64,000 nt of DNA from NCBI GenBank assembly GCA_964568425.1, contig CAZMPO010000004.1:29426-93425 (forward strand). Direction: 5' to 3'. Origin of the DNA: an uncultured Lachnospiraceae bacterium. GTDB lineage: Bacteria > Bacillota > Clostridia > Oscillospirales > CAG-272. Below, piece by piece: positions 60,275 to 64,000 of the stretch. The first letter of the stretch is position 1. Each line of letters begins with the position of its first letter. A model generated the notes under the pieces. It saw nothing but the letters and a program-made list of their open reading frames with translations, ran no database searches and had not been told where the DNA came from. The position numbers and the translations under genes are program-made.

Positions 60275-61471
60275 ATGAAGAATTTCAAAAAAGCTGTCGC
60301 CCTGTTGCTTGTCGCCGTGATATTTGCGACAATGCCCGCGTGCACGTCCGATAATTCGGGTACGCAGACCACGGGCACGGATAATAATGTCGCGATAACG
60401 ACGGGAGCAGGTCAGAACGAAAAGGAGAATACCGATATGCCAACAACAGATCAAACACAGGCAAGAGAGAAGGGCTATGTGATCGTTAGCGATTATGTTC
60501 AGCCGAATACCGGAGAGGATGTTTCGGATGAGCTCCAAAAGATCATCGATGACAATCCGAGAAAGACGATCTATTTCCCGGACGGAGAATATCTTATCTC
60601 AAAACCGATATCAACAAGCGGCAATCACGAGCTTGCCGTTTCGCTCGAGCTCTCGAATTTTGCCATCATTAAAGCAATGCGCGCAAAATGGAGATCCTCG
60701 CAGTGCATGATAAGACTCGGCGGTAAGAACCCTGAATTTATCATCCACGAAAACGGAACGAATAACTATATCTCGGGCGGCATCATCGACGGTAGTAATA
60801 TCGCAAAGGGTCTGTCCATCGAGGGCGCGCGCGAATACTCGGTCAGATACATGTCGATCAAGCATGTAACGCAGGGTATATATGTAAAGTATAATAAAGA
60901 GTACGGATCGAACGACTCGGATATAATGAATGTAAACATTTACGGCGCGGGCACAAAGGATTCGATCGGCGTTCTTGTCGAAGGATTTGATAACACCTTC
61001 ACGAATATGCGTGTTGCCAACTTCCAAACAGGCTTTAAGCTTGTGGGTGCGGGTAATTTTATGAGAAATATCCATCCGCTCTTTATCTACGGCGATGCGA
61101 TCGATTATACACAGAGCATCGGTTTTGACGATATGGGCGGTGCAAACTGGTATGATATCTGCTATCCCGACAATTTCGCCGTCGGATTTCGCCTTCAGAG
61201 CGGTACGACCTCGAATTATAATAATTGCTATTGCTATTGGTATTCGTCAAACGGCGGTGTCGAGATCGGATTTCAGGCAGTTGGTAAGTTCAACGCCATT
61301 TTGACAAATTGCAGAGTCGATTTCAGATCGGATACAAAGAATGCATATCTCAAGGTCGGCGAGTCGGGCGGTGGCGGACTTGTCCAAAATCCGATATTCA
61401 ACACCGATCTTTGCCCGGACGAAAATGATTATAAAGACTATCTTTCGGGGAGAGTAGTATGGGCGAAATAA
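60275..61471 (+). CDS. Lipoprotein with pectate-lyase-3/GH28-related right-handed beta-helix
   Basis: Lipobox MPAC; DVSDELQKIID...TIYFPDGEYLISKPI; Asn/Gly-rich beta-helix repeats. Confidence 0.8.
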   Translation: MKNFKKAVALLLVAVIFATMPACTSDNSGTQTTGTDNNVAITTGAGQNEKENTDMPTTDQTQAREKGYVIVSDYVQPNTGEDVSDELQKIIDDNPRKTIYFPDGEYLISKPISTSGNHELAVSLELSNFAIIKAMRAKWRSSQCMIRLGGKNPEFIIHENGTNNYISGGIIDGSNIAKGLSIEGAREYSVRYMSIKHVTQGIYVKYNKEYGSNDSDIMNVNIYGAGTKDSIGVLVEGFDNTFTNMRVANFQTGFKLVGAGNFMRNIHPLFIYGDAIDYTQSIGFDDMGGANWYDICYPDNFAVGFRLQSGTTSNYNNCYCYWYSSNGGVEIGFQAVGKFNAILTNCRVDFRSDTKNAYLKVGESGGGGLVQNPIFNTDLCPDENDYKDYLSGRVVWAK

Positions 61472-61905
61472 GACTTTGCGTCAAGCATTTTTCACAGCTT
61501 TCGGCAGAGGAACTGTTTGAGATATATAAGCTGCGCGTGTCGGTCTTCGTCGTCGAGCAAAACTGCGCGTATCAGGAAGTCGATGACGCCGACAAAGCAG
61601 CCTATCATATGTGGCTTGAAGATAATATGGGTATCGCGGCATATATCCGCATTCTGCCTGCGGGGGTCACATATGACAGTGCCTCGATCGGCAGAGTGAT
61701 CTCGGCAAGACGCCGCCTCGGGTATGCCTCGAAACTGCTATCCGAAGGTATGGCCTTTGCGAAAAATACACTCGGTGCGGATAGATTGACCATCGGCGCG
61801 CAGACTTATGCCGTGCCGCTTTACGAAAAGGTCGGATTCAGGATATCCTCCGAACCCTATATCGAGGACGGCATCGAGCATGTCCATATGATCGCCGATA
61901 TCTGA
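61459..61905 (+). CDS. GNAT N-acetyltransferase, ElaA family
   Basis: LRVSVFVVEQNCAYQEVD, IGRV, AQTYA..LY and YIEDGIEH. Confidence 0.92.
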   Translation: MGEIRLCVKHFSQLSAEELFEIYKLRVSVFVVEQNCAYQEVDDADKAAYHMWLEDNMGIAAYIRILPAGVTYDSASIGRVISARRRLGYASKLLSEGMAFAKNTLGADRLTIGAQTYAVPLYEKVGFRISSEPYIEDGIEHVHMIADI

Positions 61906-61909
61906 AAAC

Positions 61910-61951
61910 ATCACTGCCTCAAATGCAAAGGTAAGCATTTGAGGCAGTGAT
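61910..61951. terminator. Bidirectional terminator
   Basis: 17-bp stem ATCACTGCCTCAAATGC / GCATTTGAGGCAGTGAT. Confidence 0.88.
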
Positions 61952-61956
61952 ATTTG

Positions 61957-63216
61957 TTATTTCATTTCGGTGATCTCTCCGATGAAGATCGGGAGCATCG
62001 TCTCGTTGTCAACTATCGCGTAAACGAACGGGCGATCGAGCACCACACTTTTCGGAGGATCATCCGCAATGATCATTCCTGCTTCGGCAATGCCGATGAT
62101 AGTCGCTCCCGCGGCTTTTGTGCCGTCTGCGGTGACCTCTATTTTGGTTTGGTGTATCACTCTCGAAATGCACAGTTTGTTATCCGACATTTTCGAAAAA
62201 TCGGCATACGATTCAAATGCGTCGGTCATTCCGAGATGCCGGAGTATCTCGGCAAATTTGTTGTTTTTGTACTCCGATTCAAATTCGGGAATACGGACAT
62301 CGACATTGCACCCTTCGACATTGCCTAAAAGATTTCCGAATTTTTGACCGTCCAGCGATGCCGCAAAATCATCAAAATCAACATCGGCATTCGGCAGGAG
62401 CGCGACAAACGAATATCCGTTTCCTTTGTAGGGTCTCAAAAATCCCTTGCAGTCGTCAGACTCAATGTATTTTTGCTCGGTAGAGGACAACATCGTCACC
62501 TTTTGCGCCTTGCCGCTCAAGGATGTGAATGTCGCATTCTCTTTAATGTCGCCGCTCTCGTATTTGTTCTCCCACTCGGCATCAAATAAGATCGTGTTTA
62601 TAAGAAAGAGCTTTTCGTCAGCATCTATCCGATCAAGCATTTTCTTGATCATTCCGTCGGTGTTTTCGGATATCATGTCGTTTGTTTCCTTAACCGTGCT
62701 CTCGTCAAACGGTGCTTTGTACGCACCTGCCGAATAGTATGTGGCGTTCTTTTTGAGAAAATCCTCTTTTACCGAAAAATTCGGATCGTCCTTTATCCAG
62801 ATCGAGTTTGACACATTTAGTTTAAGATCATCGCTTGAACCCATCGCTTTGGTGTATGTGTACAGATATTCGTTAAGAGTGTCTATCGGTATGCCGCCGA
62901 GCACACTCTCCATCTGCGAGAGCGTCTGTCCCGCCGCTCCGTTTGCACACATCGACAGGGCAAGCATGATAGACAGTGGCGAGAGCATCGTGTTGTCCGC
63001 ACTCTTTCGCGCCTCTTGATAGATCGAAAGGGCAAAATCATAATACGCGCCCCTGAAGGTCTCGTCGATATCGCGCTCTTTTGCGCTCTCGGCGGATATT
63101 CCTACCATCAGATCGTCGGCGTATATCTTGCCTCCCGAGCATCCGCAGAGCGCACTCAAAAGTATCGAAAGCATAAGTGTTGCCGAAATAATTGCTTTCG
63201 TGATCGTTTTCTTCAT
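61957..63216 (-). CDS. Serpin (serine protease inhibitor) lipoprotein
   Basis: LSPLSI..AL, SNSIW, NTILFDAEW, hinge GTKAAGAT, DRPFVYAI and PIFIG; lipobox LCGC. Confidence 0.95.
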   Translation of the reverse strand: MKKTITKAIISATLMLSILLSALCGCSGGKIYADDLMVGISAESAKERDIDETFRGAYYDFALSIYQEARKSADNTMLSPLSIMLALSMCANGAAGQTLSQMESVLGGIPIDTLNEYLYTYTKAMGSSDDLKLNVSNSIWIKDDPNFSVKEDFLKKNATYYSAGAYKAPFDESTVKETNDMISENTDGMIKKMLDRIDADEKLFLINTILFDAEWENKYESGDIKENATFTSLSGKAQKVTMLSSTEQKYIESDDCKGFLRPYKGNGYSFVALLPNADVDFDDFAASLDGQKFGNLLGNVEGCNVDVRIPEFESEYKNNKFAEILRHLGMTDAFESYADFSKMSDNKLCISRVIHQTKIEVTADGTKAAGATIIGIAEAGMIIADDPPKSVVLDRPFVYAIVDNETMLPIFIGEITEMK

Positions 63217-63354
63217 AATGATCCTCCGATCCGCCCCTCAAAATGATGTGGGCGTTTTTATTTTTCGCACACATTATAACACCCGCTTGTTTCCAAGTTG
63301 TTACCCGAAACGGTAAATTTCGCATTTATTTCGATTTTTTCAGATACTAAGTCA

Positions 63355-63726
63355 TCAGTGCGCCGGCACGAACGGAGTTTCGCCTCTGCGAGTCGTCGTT
63401 ACATTGCTCGTCGTTGTGGTGCTCGGCTTTTGCGTGGTCGTTGTGATCGGTTTTGCGGTGGTGCTCGGTGCGTCTGTCACTGTTTGCTCGTTGGTCGTCG
63501 TTGTTGGCTTGCTTGTCGTTACCCATGCGGTCGTTGTGACGATCGGAGACTCTGTTGACGGCAACCGATCGGTCTTTTGCATGCTCGTAACACTCGTTGC
63601 TATCGTGTTGACGGATGTCTGTGTAGAGGTCGTTTTCTCGACAGTTTCGCTGTTCGAGCATCCGCAAACGGAAGAAAGCAGGGCGATCATTGCAATAGCC
63701 ATCGGTATCAGATGTTTTTTCTTCAC
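63355..63726 (-). CDS. Thr-rich low-complexity lipoprotein
   Basis: AAGGAG RBS, GTG start, lipobox VCGC; about 35 Thr in the 100 mature residues. Confidence 0.7.
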   Translation of the reverse strand: MKKKHLIPMAIAMIALLSSVCGCSNSETVEKTTSTQTSVNTIATSVTSMQKTDRLPSTESPIVTTTAWVTTSKPTTTTNEQTVTDAPSTTAKPITTTTQKPSTTTTSNVTTTRRGETPFVPAH

Positions 63727-63750
63727 TTTATCTATCTCCTTTTTCGCATA

Positions 63751-63999
63751 TCATATCGAATTTGCGGTAAGCTTTATGAGCAGTGATCGATCATCCGGGA
63801 CATTTCCCTCGAGTGCCGCCTTGTTTCGGTGTATCTCGCCGCATTTTTGACATTTGTGGATTATTATATATCCCTTCCTCGGGTCGGGCTGAACGGCGAT
63901 CGGCTCCATTGCACCCAGACAGTCGTTTGCACGATCGCCGGGCATTATGTCAATGTGAAGTGACCACAGACAAAACGGACAGTGATTTCGCGAGGTCTT
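63751..63999 (-). CDS. RNHCP-domain protein (5'-truncated by window edge)
   Basis: Upstream frame reads KTSRNHCPFCLWSLHIDIMPGDRANDC...HKCQKCG...RNK. Confidence 0.9.
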   Translation of the reverse strand, partial: KTSRNHCPFCLWSLHIDIMPGDRANDCLGAMEPIAVQPDPRKGYIIIHKCQKCGEIHRNKAALEGNVPDDRSLLIKLTANSI

Positions 64000-64000
64000 T

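Noticed and set aside
1-64000. CRISPR array, prophage, IS element, reverse transcriptase or rRNA
   Set aside because: No repeat-spacer array, cas, capsid, integrase, transposase, RT or rRNA signature was recognised by eye.

Overview
A 64-kb chromosomal segment (~50% GC) from a spore-forming Bacillota bacterium, most consistent with an Oscillospirales/Clostridia gut or rumen lineage; this placement is inferred from gene content and order. A housekeeping core (ppdK, half-length glmU-pth-mfd, tRNA-Pro, tmcAL, yybS-gdpP-rplI-dnaB-tilS-ftsH, rimM-trmD, ptsH, uvrC-rsmD-coaD, dcw cluster mraZ to ftsZ) is flanked by two accessory regions. The left region (1-8.8 kb) has two dockerin proteins, one a cohesin + Cys/His-repeat + dockerin adaptor. 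It also has a LexA-boxed Y-family polymerase/YolD pair, azlCD, a DUF5131 pseudogene not called in the ORF track, and an MmeI-like Type IIL restriction-modification gene with a foreign low-GC specificity segment, bracketed by two copies of one terminator hairpin. The right region (56.5-64 kb) has a secreted GH27 glycosidase carrying an internal rhodanese domain and an NPCBM module, partner lipoproteins, a serpin and a Thr-rich lipoprotein. The most notable signals are the GH27-rhodanese-NPCBM locus, the hairpin-duplicated RM cassette and a second LexA box upstream of the dcw promoter. No CRISPR array, rRNA, integrase or transposase was seen. All calls come from reading motifs by eye; no database searches were run.
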